Source: an uncultured Armatimonadetes bacterium
GTDB taxonomy: Bacteria > Armatimonadota > UBA5829 > DTJY01
NCBI GenBank assembly: GCA_963717145.1
Contig: OY970325.1
Coordinates: 3,168,001 to 3,232,000, forward strand
DNA length: 64,000 nucleotides
Direction of reading: 5' to 3'
The number at the start of each line of letters is the position of its first letter. The first letter of the stretch is position 1. Of this stretch, positions 49,272 through 59,716 are shown in pieces. The translations under genes and the position numbers were made by a program. The notes below the pieces were generated by a model, which was given only the letters and a program-made list of their open reading frames with translations, did not search any database and was not told where the DNA came from.

Positions 49272-49958
49272 TCAACTCGGCGACCTCTCTTCCATAGGCT
49301 TTCCGGAGAGCGCATCCAGCAGCACTTCGGCGGCCACTATGCGATCCTCCGCAGGAAGCAAGTGCCCTGCGTCCGCCCGGTAGAGCACGCTTGCGCTCGG
49401 ACCGAATTCCTCGTCTTCATCATGTCTAACGATGGTGACCGGAACACGCGGCAGCACATCGAAACGGTAGCCTATCCCTGGAGAAGAAACACGAGTCGCC
49501 TGGAGCTGCTCGCTGAGTTCTTGAAATCGCTCCCTGGTTCTGCCCGAGGTCGCGAGGAATCGCCCCACAATTCGCTTCTCGAAGACGGTGCAATAGTTGC
49601 GGCAGTCGGCGAAATGCTTGAGCGATACCTCGTTGGTATCGAGCCCTACCTCGTCCGAACACAGGTAGTGAAGAGCCAGCAGCGCCCAGGAGAGCTTCGC
49701 CTTCCCGGAGTTCTCGACCAGGACCTCACGCCTGGCCGGATCGACGAGCAGTGCCCGTCCCAGCGAAGGGACGCGGATGATCTCCCCATCCCTGGCGACA
49801 CCGAGCGCCTGTAGTCTCTCGGCGGACAGCTCCCGGGATGTCAGGACATCGAAACCGAGGGCAAACGCCTGCTCGTAAGGTTGCTGAGCAGGCGGAACGG
49901 GACACGTCTGCCTGACAGTCACGTCCTGGGAAGAGTTCTCAGTCTGCTTTTTCTCCAC
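49272..49958 (-). CDS. DUF3786-domain protein
   Basis: LALHYL, LPRVP, DEEFGPSASVL, LPAED; common in ACS clusters. Confidence 0.8.
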   Translation of the reverse strand: MEKKQTENSSQDVTVRQTCPVPPAQQPYEQAFALGFDVLTSRELSAERLQALGVARDGEIIRVPSLGRALLVDPARREVLVENSGKAKLSWALLALHYLCSDEVGLDTNEVSLKHFADCRNYCTVFEKRIVGRFLATSGRTRERFQELSEQLQATRVSSPGIGYRFDVLPRVPVTIVRHDEDEEFGPSASVLYRADAGHLLPAEDRIVAAEVLLDALSGKPMEERSPS

Positions 49959-50009
49959 GACACCGACCTCCAGCCCTCACACGGCGAAGTCACGATCGGA
50001 GGAGGGCAC

Positions 50010-50801
50010 TTAGCCTTTCTGCCTGTACGCCTTCAGGAAAGAGTCACTGTAGATGGTGTGGTTCATCAGCATTTCGGCGGTGATGAGCCCGTCCATCAGT
50101 TCAGTGTCCAAAGGATCCAAAATCGCTGCATCGAGACCCGCGCCGATCGCCATCGTCAGGAATATCCTGTTGATGAGCTTCCTCTCCTCGGCGCCCTGTG
50201 ACAGGTTGCTGAGCCCGATGACAATGTGCGGAGACGGATCGCACAGCATGCCGAGCTGACGTATCGATTCCAGCACGATGCCGGGGCCTTTCTGCTCGGC
50301 CTTGACCGGGAGGATGATCGGATCGATGTAGAGATCGGTGATCGGCAGATCATATTCCATCGCCGTTGCCAGCACGCGCATGGCTACCTCGCATCGCCCA
50401 TCGATGTCCACCGGGACGCCGTTCTCATCGATGCACAGGGCCACTACGCCCGCACTATGCTCCTTGGCCAGATCCAGGAACTTGCGCAGGCTGGCATCCT
50501 CACCCGTCGTGGAGTTGATCACCTTCCTGCCGGAGCATGCTTCCAGTCCAGCCTTCATAGTATCGTAGTTCGGACTGTCGATCGACAGAGGCGCGTCGGT
50601 CACTTCCCGTACCGACTCGACCAGCCACTGCATAGCCTCCACGGGCTTAGTGGCGGCCGTGCCGACGTTGATGTCGAGCATGTCGGCGCCTTCCGCCAAC
50701 TGCCGCTTCGCCAGGTCCTGGATGGCTTTCTTGTCGCCGCTCTGGATGGCCTCTTTCACGATCTTGAACATGCCGTTGATGCGTTCACCGATGATGATCA
50801 T
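50010..50801 (-). CDS. acsE: Methyl-THF:corrinoid/FeS protein methyltransferase
   Basis: MIIIGERING, LDINVG, LSIDS, GLSNLS, GLDAAI. Confidence 0.95.
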   Translation of the reverse strand: MIIIGERINGMFKIVKEAIQSGDKKAIQDLAKRQLAEGADMLDINVGTAATKPVEAMQWLVESVREVTDAPLSIDSPNYDTMKAGLEACSGRKVINSTTGEDASLRKFLDLAKEHSAGVVALCIDENGVPVDIDGRCEVAMRVLATAMEYDLPITDLYIDPIILPVKAEQKGPGIVLESIRQLGMLCDPSPHIVIGLSNLSQGAEERKLINRIFLTMAIGAGLDAAILDPLDTELMDGLITAEMLMNHTIYSDSFLKAYRQKG

Positions 50802-50835
50802 TCGATTGTCCTCCGTTGTTTGATTGGAATTCTTG

Positions 50836-51804
50836 TCAAGCCTTGCACATCAGTTCTTCGATGGCGCGTCTGACCAGGTTCACTGCCTTGGGATGCCGCA
50901 TGATCAGAAGATCACTTCCCGCCTGGAGCAGAGGAATCGCCGTCATCGCTTCCCACATCGGTCCTCGCTCTTCCGCAGGTCCCCACTGAGGCACTTCCTC
51001 GGTGGATGCTTTGGCTTCCTTGCCGCGCCATGCTTCCTCGCCGATCTGGCAAATCACCGGCGGGGACATCATCTTGTCTCCGCCCAAAGCCGCAAGCCGG
51101 CCTCGTTCCTGGATGGAGTAAGCGTACTCGATGCCGTACCCCAAGCCGCCTGTGGTCGGGTACATGACGATCCTGTCCATGGGGAACCCCATCTCCGAGA
51201 CGAGGATATTGACCTGCTTGGCGATGTTGATGTCCAGCGGCGACTCGTTGATCATCGCGTGGCCGTCCGCCATACAGGATGCGGTGAGTGTCTTGTAGTT
51301 GTCCTCCTTGGCAGTGCCGAAGAGGCATCGCTCGCCCGCAGCCGCCTCGCTGCACTTCGGGAGCACCATGTTGTCCTTCTCGTCGACATCGCACCCCCAG
51401 ACGATGAGCGGCACCTTGACCGCGGCCAATACCGCCTTGACGACAGCAGCCGCATCATCCGGCGACCTATCCCCGAAATCGGGGTGAATGCTCTCGAGGC
51501 GCAGGCATATCATTTCCGCCCCATACGCCTCGACGCATTTCGCGGCCCATGCGGCCGGATCGCCGATGACGTCGGAAAACGGCTCGACGAGAGCATCGGG
51601 CCAGTCCGTGGGCTCCATGTCCAGGACCTCCATGGCGATTACCGGCTTGTTCGGAGTGTCACCATCGAAGTGCAGGAACGGCAGGGTTCCGGCTCCACCC
51701 ACGACAACCGTGGAGCCTCGAGTCCCGCCCTCCTGAGGCGTCGCGCCGATACTCACGGAGGCCACTGAGGCGGACCATTTTTCCTTCGGTTCTTCAACTG
51801 GCAT
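50836..51804 (-). CDS. acsD: Corrinoid FeS protein small subunit
   Basis: SPLDINIAKQVN, GLGYGIEY, ALGGDKM, LIMRHP. Confidence 0.95.
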   Translation of the reverse strand: MPVEEPKEKWSASVASVSIGATPQEGGTRGSTVVVGGAGTLPFLHFDGDTPNKPVIAMEVLDMEPTDWPDALVEPFSDVIGDPAAWAAKCVEAYGAEMICLRLESIHPDFGDRSPDDAAAVVKAVLAAVKVPLIVWGCDVDEKDNMVLPKCSEAAAGERCLFGTAKEDNYKTLTASCMADGHAMINESPLDINIAKQVNILVSEMGFPMDRIVMYPTTGGLGYGIEYAYSIQERGRLAALGGDKMMSPPVICQIGEEAWRGKEAKASTEEVPQWGPAEERGPMWEAMTAIPLLQAGSDLLIMRHPKAVNLVRRAIEELMCKA

Positions 51805-51818
51805 TTTCTATTCTCCCT

Positions 51819-52604
51819 TTATCGGTTTGCTTGGCTCCCGACGACGGGGGTCGCCGGGGAAACACCGATTCCTGTTAGTATCTCTTCGATTGCCGAGACT
51901 GCTTCAGACTCAGGGGGCAACCCGAGAAGCGGCTTACTGCTTAGCTCCAGTTCCCTCACAAGCGGGTCCTCGGGGACGCAGCCGATGAGTTCGAGCCCCG
52001 TTGCCGACATTGCCTGTTCTTTCGAAAACGATCCCGCGGGCGTTCGATTGACGATGAGCCCCATTCGCCCCTTCACGATGCCGAACTGCGTCGCCAACCC
52101 TGAGATTCGCCGTGCCGCCTGCAGACTCGTCGGCGTCGGATCGCTGACCACCAGCATCAGGTCCACCTTGTCATTCGTTCGACGGCTCAGGTGCTCCATA
52201 CCCGCTTCGTTGTCCAATACCACGTGCTTGTATCTCGACGACAACTCCTGCAGGAACGTCCGGAGCATATTATTGAGCGAGCAGTAACATCCCGGTCCTT
52301 CGCCTCGCCCCATGACGACCAGATCGAACCCGTTGCCTTCTACCAGTGTCTGCTCAACCTGGTACTCGACGGCGCGCTGCTTCGGAACGCCCGCAGGAGC
52401 CTCGTATTTGTTATGGAGGGCATCCTCCCTGATATCGCCTATCGTGACGTCAACCTTGACGCCCAGCTTTTCGGCGAGCGTGCTGTTGGGATCGGCGTCC
52501 ACGGCCAGCACCGGCGTCTCTTGCCGACCTATCAGGTACCGGACGACGAGCGCGGCCAGCGTCGACTTCCCCACCCCACCTTTTCCTGCGACTGCGATAA
52601 CCAT
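51819..52604 (-). CDS. acsF: CooC/AcsF Ni-insertion ATPase
   Basis: GKGGVGKS, DADPN, GPGCYC, DNEAGMEHLSR. Confidence 0.9.
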   Translation of the reverse strand: MVIAVAGKGGVGKSTLAALVVRYLIGRQETPVLAVDADPNSTLAEKLGVKVDVTIGDIREDALHNKYEAPAGVPKQRAVEYQVEQTLVEGNGFDLVVMGRGEGPGCYCSLNNMLRTFLQELSSRYKHVVLDNEAGMEHLSRRTNDKVDLMLVVSDPTPTSLQAARRISGLATQFGIVKGRMGLIVNRTPAGSFSKEQAMSATGLELIGCVPEDPLVRELELSSKPLLGLPPESEAVSAIEEILTGIGVSPATPVVGSQANR

Positions 52605-54523
52605 TATTCTTTCGCCAACTGCTTCTGCACAGAGGGAAACTTCTCTATGTCCGTGTGCGGAAGGAACAGTGCGGACGTGTATTCGTTCATAAACTTCGGA
52701 TCGGTGCTCAACTCGATGTATGTCATGTTGGCGGCGATGCATTCCGCCTCTTCCTGAGCCTGCCTCGACAGCAGCATCATCTTCGCGCCCTGCAGCGACC
52801 CGTTGCCCATGTACTGGAATGAATCCAGCGGAACATCGGGCAGCATCCCGATCGTGATCGCCTTCCCGGCGTCAAGATAGTTGCCGAATCCGCCTGAGAT
52901 ATAGATGTTCTGCAGGTCCGAGAACTGCAGGCCCACGGTGCCGAGCAGACACTCGGACGCGTGATATATCGCCCCCTTGGAGCGGATGAAATTGTGTACG
53001 TCTGCCTGCGTAATCACGATATCCCTGCCGTCAGCGGTGAGCGCGGCTTCGACGAGCACGAATTCCATGCCGTCTTCGCCTTCCCGCAATCGGCCTGAGC
53101 CACCGTTATCCACCAACCGTCCGCTTCTCTCGAGGCAGTTGTTCCTGAGCAACCCGGCGATCGTATCGATAAGCCCTGACCCGCAGAGTCCGGTCGGGTT
53201 TCCACCGCCGATGACGCTGTAAGAGATCACCTGACCGCCTTTTCGCATGCTCAGTCGCTCTATCGCGCCTTTGGTCGCCCGCATCCCACAGGAGATACCG
53301 CCTCCCTCGAAGGTGGGCCCGGCAGAAGCGGAACAGCAGACCAGCCAATCTTGGTTCCCGATCACGATCTCGGCGTTGGTGCCTACATCGATCAGCATAC
53401 TCGGCTCGGGCGACCGCGCCATCCCCGAGACCAGTACTCCGGCTGCGACATCTCCTCCGACGTAACAGGCGGCGGCCGGCGCGCAATACAGCAGACCGCG
53501 CGGATTGATCTTGATGCCTACCTCGGCGGCTCGTATCACAGGCGGCGCCGCGCTCACAGGGATATACGGCTCCAACCGTATCGCCGACGGGTCCAGCCCC
53601 AGGAGCAGGTGGGTCATCGTCGTGTTACCCGTGCAGGCCACATAAGTCACATCGTTGAGCGGCACCTCCGTTGAGCTCACGAGCCCCGCAATGAGATTGT
53701 TGATATCATCGATCACGCACTCGGAGAGCCGCGCGAGTTTCTCCTTGGTATTCGCATACATGATCCGCGAGATGACATCCTCGCCGTACTGGATCTGCGC
53801 GTTGTACGTCGCCTGCCTGCCAACCGTTCTCGGGCTGTTCAGATCTACCAGATGGGCCACGACCGTGGTCGTGCCAACATCCACCGCCACGCCGTAATTG
53901 CGCCCGGAGGTATCTCCGCCCTCCACCTGCAGGACTTCGACCGTGCCGCCGCGGAGTCCGAGGGTCGCCGTAACTGTCCAGTCGCATTCCCTGAGCAACC
54001 CGCTCAACTGCTTGAGTTGGGCCAACCCCATTTGGATCACGGGGATTTCACAGCCTCGCTTGAGTTCCCTGTACAGCCGTTCCAGATCGCCCAGACGATC
54101 GTCCAGGCTCGGCGTCGGCAGTACGAGAGCAAGTTTCCTCGAGAGCGGATCGTGCGGATACGGCTTGCCCTCACCCACCAGGACTCGAGTCGAACTGAAG
54201 CGGAGGGCATCCTCGTCAGCCATCTGCGGCTTTCCGCTCAGGCGTGACTCCGGCGGGACCTCGATAACCGCATCGCTTCGGAGGAAACACTTGCATGCCA
54301 GAACATAGCCGCTCTGGACCTCTTCGCGGCTGAGATGCATGGTCGGTTCGGCCCAGACGTCGCCGGACCGGACGATGACTTTGCACCGCCCGCACATGCC
54401 GTCCCCGCCGCAGGTGCGATTCACATACACGCCCGCCGATTCTGCGGCCTCGAGAACCGTCTTATGATCACCAACTCGCGTGGATCTTTCGTCCGGTAGA
54501 AAGGTAACCTGGAATTCAGGCAT
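52604..54523 (-). CDS. acsV: Corrinoid reductive activator (RACo/AcsV, 2Fe-2S + ASKHA)
   Basis: CGGDGMCGRC, DVGTTT, DVGTNAE, AGPTFEG, GLCGSG, FLPHTD. Confidence 0.92.
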   Translation of the reverse strand: MPEFQVTFLPDERSTRVGDHKTVLEAAESAGVYVNRTCGGDGMCGRCKVIVRSGDVWAEPTMHLSREEVQSGYVLACKCFLRSDAVIEVPPESRLSGKPQMADEDALRFSSTRVLVGEGKPYPHDPLSRKLALVLPTPSLDDRLGDLERLYRELKRGCEIPVIQMGLAQLKQLSGLLRECDWTVTATLGLRGGTVEVLQVEGGDTSGRNYGVAVDVGTTTVVAHLVDLNSPRTVGRQATYNAQIQYGEDVISRIMYANTKEKLARLSECVIDDINNLIAGLVSSTEVPLNDVTYVACTGNTTMTHLLLGLDPSAIRLEPYIPVSAAPPVIRAAEVGIKINPRGLLYCAPAAACYVGGDVAAGVLVSGMARSPEPSMLIDVGTNAEIVIGNQDWLVCCSASAGPTFEGGGISCGMRATKGAIERLSMRKGGQVISYSVIGGGNPTGLCGSGLIDTIAGLLRNNCLERSGRLVDNGGSGRLREGEDGMEFVLVEAALTADGRDIVITQADVHNFIRSKGAIYHASECLLGTVGLQFSDLQNIYISGGFGNYLDAGKAITIGMLPDVPLDSFQYMGNGSLQGAKMMLLSRQAQEEAECIAANMTYIELSTDPKFMNEYTSALFLPHTDIEKFPSVQKQLAKE

Positions 54524-54542
54524 CAGTTACAGACCGTCGATT

Positions 54543-55877
54543 CTATTCCGACTTCCACATCGTCTTGAGATACTTCGGAATGCTGGAGGACTCGCGCGGG
54601 CCCACAAGGACCTCCCATCCGGACTCCTCCTGAAGGCTTCCGCTCATGACGGTTATGTAGCCAGGTATAATGACTTTTCGGTGAGCGACTTTGCTCGTCA
54701 CCTCGTCGCTGTTCAGGAACTGCGCCACCTTGGCGGCGGTCAACTTCTCAGATGCCCATGCCGTCAGGACAGACGTTCCTTCCGTGTCGATGACCCCGAC
54801 GTAGCACGGTATTCGGCTCGCCTCGACGTCGCTCTCAACCGTGTAGTAGGTCAACGAGAAGTTCGTGGTGATCAGAAGCGGCGACTTATCGGTTACAGCG
54901 CCGATCTGGTACAGCTTGGGCTCAACCTGCACCGGCTTCCTGGGATCGGTGAAGATGTTCATGCGAACAGTCAACAGCGGGAGAATCCGCCAGGGCTCCG
55001 CGGTGTCAACGACGACAATGCCCGCGTACTTGGCGATGAACGTTCCCGCCTCCGCCAATGCCAGGTCCTGATCCTCGGTCGAAGGCATCGCCATGCAGGG
55101 ATATCCGAGTGGCCGGAAATTCTTCTTCAGGCTCAGTCGGCGTACTTTGGTCAGCGCCTCGACTGTCTCGGCAAAGCAGGCTGAGGTAACATCCAGGACG
55201 AGTTGCTGAACGCCCGCGCCCGCCAGCTTCTGTGTCAGTCCCGCTGCCTGATCGAGGCTTGACGCATCGACCGCCAGCGGGCAGCACTTCGCCTTCGCCA
55301 GAGCCGCCAGTTGCTCCCAGTTCTCTGCATCCGCGCGGAAAATCAATGGGTTCTGGTCCGCGCAGATGTCGAGAGCGGCGGAGAGCGCTTCAGGGTTCTT
55401 CGACATCAGGATGAGCGCCAACCCAGACTGGCTCGCGGCGGATACCGCGCTGACGAACTTGTCCTTATCGCCCGAAACATTGTCCACCGCGATCATATCG
55501 ACCGCGATCTTCTGGCCCACTCTCTCGAAGCTCAATGCCTTCACGGCATCGACGGCGGCCTGGATATCCGCGACGTCGTCTCCGATGCGGACGGCGACAC
55601 CTGTGGGGTGGTAGAAGGTCTCATCGTGGCGGAAGAGAACCGTCTCATTCCCCACCTCCACCTTCGCGTCACCCTTCCCGATAGTGACGAGGCGAACCGG
55701 CGGCTCGGAAGCACCCTCGAGAGCGGCGAGCGCCTCTGAGGTGATATCCGGGCACTGGTCGATGCTGGCTTTCTTTGCGGCCAGTTGCATCGCAAACGCC
55801 AGGCAAGTCGGATGCCCGCACTTCGCACAGTTCGTCTTCGGCAGATGCTTGTACACGTCCAGAGCTTTGAGAGCCAT
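54543..55877 (-). CDS. acsC: Corrinoid FeS protein large subunit
   Basis: LPKTNCAKCGHPTCLAFA, FRHD, NIFTDP, TTNFSLTY, SVLTAWA, VGPRE. Confidence 0.96.
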   Translation of the reverse strand: MALKALDVYKHLPKTNCAKCGHPTCLAFAMQLAAKKASIDQCPDITSEALAALEGASEPPVRLVTIGKGDAKVEVGNETVLFRHDETFYHPTGVAVRIGDDVADIQAAVDAVKALSFERVGQKIAVDMIAVDNVSGDKDKFVSAVSAASQSGLALILMSKNPEALSAALDICADQNPLIFRADAENWEQLAALAKAKCCPLAVDASSLDQAAGLTQKLAGAGVQQLVLDVTSACFAETVEALTKVRRLSLKKNFRPLGYPCMAMPSTEDQDLALAEAGTFIAKYAGIVVVDTAEPWRILPLLTVRMNIFTDPRKPVQVEPKLYQIGAVTDKSPLLITTNFSLTYYTVESDVEASRIPCYVGVIDTEGTSVLTAWASEKLTAAKVAQFLNSDEVTSKVAHRKVIIPGYITVMSGSLQEESGWEVLVGPRESSSIPKYLKTMWKSE

Positions 55878-55910
55878 GGTTTCCTCCAGGTCTGATTTTA
55901 TTGTATCTAG

Positions 55911-56050
55911 GCAGGGGCGAAGCATTGGCTACCGGCATCAGTGGACGCTGTCATTCTGAGCGAAGTGAAGAATCTGGCTTCTTCAGCCGGTTGCCAGATT
56001 CTTCACTTCGCTCAGAATGACAGCGTAGGCAGCCAATGCTTCGCCCCTAC
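55911..56050. repeat. Nested palindromes: GTCATTCTGAGCGAAG element inside a G(T/C)AGGGGCG REP
   Basis: Outer arms 55911-55933 / 56028-56050; inner arms 55945-55978 / 55993-56026. Confidence 0.88.
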
Positions 56051-56063
56051 AGGAATGCGTGTT

Positions 56064-58245
56064 CTAGAACAGCGGATCCAACTCCAGCGCCGGATGCCCG
56101 ACCTTGGTCAGATATTCCAGCAGCTCCTCGGCGGTCTCCGCGCACGTCTCATCGGCGATCTTGTCGGCGATATCGGGGATACCGATCTCTATGCCTCGCG
56201 CATCGAGCTTTGATCGCAGGAAGTCCTTCAGCTCCTTAGGCATCCAGACGAGCCGCTGTAATCCGCCATCGGCGGAGATGAACTTCTTGCTTGTTACGTA
56301 CAGCCGGCCGACGCCCAGGAACCCGGGAGTCTGATTGCCGCCGCCGACTGAACCCGCCAGCGTGGAGAACGGCATGCCGCACGGCGTCATCCCGGGATAC
56401 TCGCGATTGACGATCATCAGGCCGTTGGCTTCCGGCACGATGGCCATGATGCACTCGAAGCAGCCGCACGAGGTCATCGGGTCTTCCATCACCGAGTAGA
56501 GGTTCATATGCTCGATGGACCTGTTCGAGTGATCGTAGACGAACTGGTTGATCCCTTCCCACTGGCCCTTTTCCTCGTCGATGGTCCGTCCTTTGAGAAT
56601 CGGCTGGTTGCAGCCGACGGGGTTGATCTCGAATCCCGCCTTGCCGTCGAGCCAGTTGTATGCGCCGCACAGTCCGAGCCGCTCGGGGCTGATGACACAC
56701 ACGTGCGCCGGCGCATAGGACTGGCATAGCGTGCAGGAGTAGAATGTGTCCACGCTCTCGTCGATCATGCCGGCGATCCGGTCGTCGCGATACGCGTAGG
56801 TGGCCATCGCCTCCGGGAGTAGTTCATCGATCGCCTTCTGGTCGGTGATGACGGTGACCTGAATCTTGTCCACGATAGCACCGTAGTCGTCGTGCAACTT
56901 CGCGTGCAGGATGGTGCCGAAATGCTTGAGCCTGAATCCCTTGGCAAAGGCTTCTTTGCTGATTCGTACCCAGATCTGGTTTCGCTGACCCATGTGGAAG
57001 ATGCCCATCGCCTCGTTGATGAACGAGTGGACCTGTCGTTCCATGATCGACTCGAAGTCCTTCTGCATCTTTCGGCCGGCGATCTCGATGAGGATGCCGA
57101 GCGGCATGGCGCTCCCGACCTCGGCGGTGTCGACATCCGGGCCGATCAACTCGACCTTGCCGTCCTCGATCTGATCCGCGTCCTTCGTTCTGCAGATACT
57201 CGAAGGCCGTCGAATACTTGCCGCCGAACTCGACCTGCATGTCCTCCCTGCGCACTCGCTCGCCTTCGAAGGCTGCCGCGAACGGAACGGGGATGTCCAG
57301 GTCGTGAACCTTGATCTTGACGCCTCTGACTTCGACGCATCTCGGGACGATCTTGCTGTGATCGAGTTCGTGCACGACATGCTCGAACGTGCAGATGCCT
57401 GTCGGGAGGATCTCAGGAATCGGGGTGTCGGCGATGACAGGGAATCCCATGTTGATCGCACCGGCGCCCGTCGCATACTTGATGTCGTCGACCTCGCCGA
57501 GCGTCAGACCGAATGCGAAGACTCGGTCCTTGCAGTATAGCAGAGCCTTGCGCGCCTCGCCGGGCTTCACGCCGCCGAATGTGAGCGCGCCGCGGATCGC
57601 CCAGTGCAGGGGATAGATGCCGGTGATGGTGTCTCGGCCGTAGGGTACGATGTACGTATCCCAGCCCATCTCGACCTTGGCTTCCTTGAGCTGGTCGACG
57701 ATGCTGATGCCGTTGGTGCTCGATCCGACGAACGACAGAATGCTTCTCTTCTGCAGCTCACGAACGATGTTCACCGCGGTCTCGGTGTCAGGGGCGGCTC
57801 CGAGTATGGCCGCGAACCCCGGCATTCGTCCGTCAACCAACTGAATGCCCAGAGTCCTCAGGATGGTATCGGAGAAGAATCCGTTGCAGTCCGGCTGGGG
57901 CTCCGTCGCCGTTGCAGATATCGGATCGCGACGATGATCTCTTCGGCCAGCATCGTCGCGATGCCCGAGTCGAGCGCGTCGCCGAGATATGGCAGCCACA
58001 GACTGTCGGATGGCAACTGCGGCAGCAAGATCTTGGCAGTGGTCAAGGACCGGCTTCACGTCGCCCAGGGTCTTGACCTCTATCCCCATCAGTGCGTTTG
58101 CCATGGGGAAGAAGAACGCGGTTTCCGGGAACCCGACCTTGGTGTCCTCTCCCTTTGACTCCCGCGCTTTGCTCCAGGCCTCATCGGCCTGTGATACTAC
58201 GTCGTGTGCGCCTCGAATTGCTGCACTGGCTATGATCTTTGACAT
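56064..58245 (-). CDS. acsB: Acetyl-CoA synthase (indels near 58036, 57903-57915 and 57193)
   Basis: LGIQLVDGRMPG, CTLCQSYAP, PERLGLCGA, PMTSCGCFEC, GGGNQTPGF. Confidence 0.93.
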
Positions 58246-58344
58246 GAACTTGAATCTCCTCTACCGCCCGTAGGGCTCCATTATTGAAGACGCGCGGTTT
58301 CGCCGCATGGCTCACCCGTAGCGCCAATAATCAGTATATCCATC

Positions 58345-58417
58345 GCCGACCGCTTATCTCTCGGTCGGTCGCCGACCGTCTATCTCTCGGTCGGTTGCCG
58401 ACCGACTATCTGTCGGC
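58345..58417. repeat. Tandem 26-nt self-palindromic repeats (two full, one partial)
   Basis: GCCGACCG-nnTATCTC-TCGGTCGGT units at 58345, 58371, 58397. Confidence 0.85.
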
Positions 58418-59704
58418 ACAGAGCAGCACCTCGCGGTACTCAGGCTCCGGGAACTTCTCCCGCTGATCGCCTATCAAGGGCATGATCGTCGCGAAACCAA
58501 AACTGCTGTCCAGCAGCCGATCCTTGATCGACGAAATGTCCACTTTCTTCCGCATAAGAGTTCCATAGACGCCGGCGCTGTCGATCTCGCCGACGAGCAC
58601 GGCTCCGACCACATCGTTGCCATCGAGGACAACCTTCCGGAAGACGTCTTTCTTCTCGCTGAACCGAGTGAGTATCTCATAGTCCGACGGCGACTTGGGT
58701 TTGACCAGTCCGATCGAGATCAGCGGCAGTCCGAAGAACTCGGCGGAGTTCATCCGCATCGAGCCAAGATACTCCTGATGCTGACCGGCCATGTTCGCGC
58801 CGGCGATCCGTCCCTGCTCGGCCGCTGCCGGCCAGATGGCGTTGACTGTTTCTTCGCCGGTCACCACGTCCATCGTCTCCGCCACGTCGCCGGCGGCATA
58901 GATGTCGGGGACGTTCGTCTTCAACTCGCTGTCGACCAGGATGCCCCAGTGCGTTCGGACTCCCGCGTCGCGTACGAGATCGATGTTGGAGTTGACGCCT
59001 TTGCCGACCACGATGATCTGGCAGTCGAGCTCGGTTCCATTCTCGAGCTTAACGCCTTCGACCTTGTCATCTCCGAGCACTTCGGTGACATCCGTACCGG
59101 TCACGACCGATATTCCGTTCGCCTCGAAGCGTCGGCGGAAGATCTCACCTGCCTCGGCATCGGCGATCTGCGAGAGCAGGTGTGGAGATCGGATAACCAC
59201 CGTGACCTTGAGCCCCATCGCATGGAGTCCGCTCGCCGCCATGAGGCCGACACATCCGCCGCCGAGGACGATTGCGCTCCCAGCGGTCTTGGCAACGCGA
59301 AGAATGCCGTGGAGGTCCATGGTAGTTCGGAAGCCGAAAACGCCATCCTTGTCCATGCCGGGAGTTTTGGGGATCTCCGGCGAGCCGCCCGTCGCGATCA
59401 GCAGCTTGTCATAGTTCAGCGTGTCGCCGTCGTCGAGCAGCAGGGACTTTTCATCCGGGTGGACCGACACAACACGCTTGCCCAGGAGAGCCTCGAAGCG
59501 GTTCGTCTCATAGTAGTCCTTGGGCCGGTACAGCATGTCCTCCTCGGAGATCTTACCTTCCATGAAGTATGGGATCAGACATCTGGAGTAGGCCGGATAG
59601 CTCTCCGCCGAGATGATCGTGACGGCTCCATCGGCATCCAGAGCGCGGATCGCCTCTGCTGCGTTCAGTCCTGCGGCGCTATTACCTACGATTATGTAAT
59701 GCAT
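58406..59704 (-). CDS. FAD/NAD(P) oxidoreductase (CooF-associated)
   Basis: GNSAAG, YSRC, IATGG, GGGCVG, YAAGDVAE. Confidence 0.92.
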   Translation of the reverse strand: MHYIIVGNSAAGLNAAEAIRALDADGAVTIISAESYPAYSRCLIPYFMEGKISEEDMLYRPKDYYETNRFEALLGKRVVSVHPDEKSLLLDDGDTLNYDKLLIATGGSPEIPKTPGMDKDGVFGFRTTMDLHGILRVAKTAGSAIVLGGGCVGLMAASGLHAMGLKVTVVIRSPHLLSQIADAEAGEIFRRRFEANGISVVTGTDVTEVLGDDKVEGVKLENGTELDCQIIVVGKGVNSNIDLVRDAGVRTHWGILVDSELKTNVPDIYAAGDVAETMDVVTGEETVNAIWPAAAEQGRIAGANMAGQHQEYLGSMRMNSAEFFGLPLISIGLVKPKSPSDYEILTRFSEKKDVFRKVVLDGNDVVGAVLVGEIDSAGVYGTLMRKKVDISSIKDRLLDSSFGFATIMPLIGDQREKFPEPEYREVLLCADR

Positions 59705-59716
59705 CGTTGTCTCCCC

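Noticed and set aside
58345-58417. CRISPR mini-array
   Set aside because: Palindromic units are adjacent with no unique spacers.
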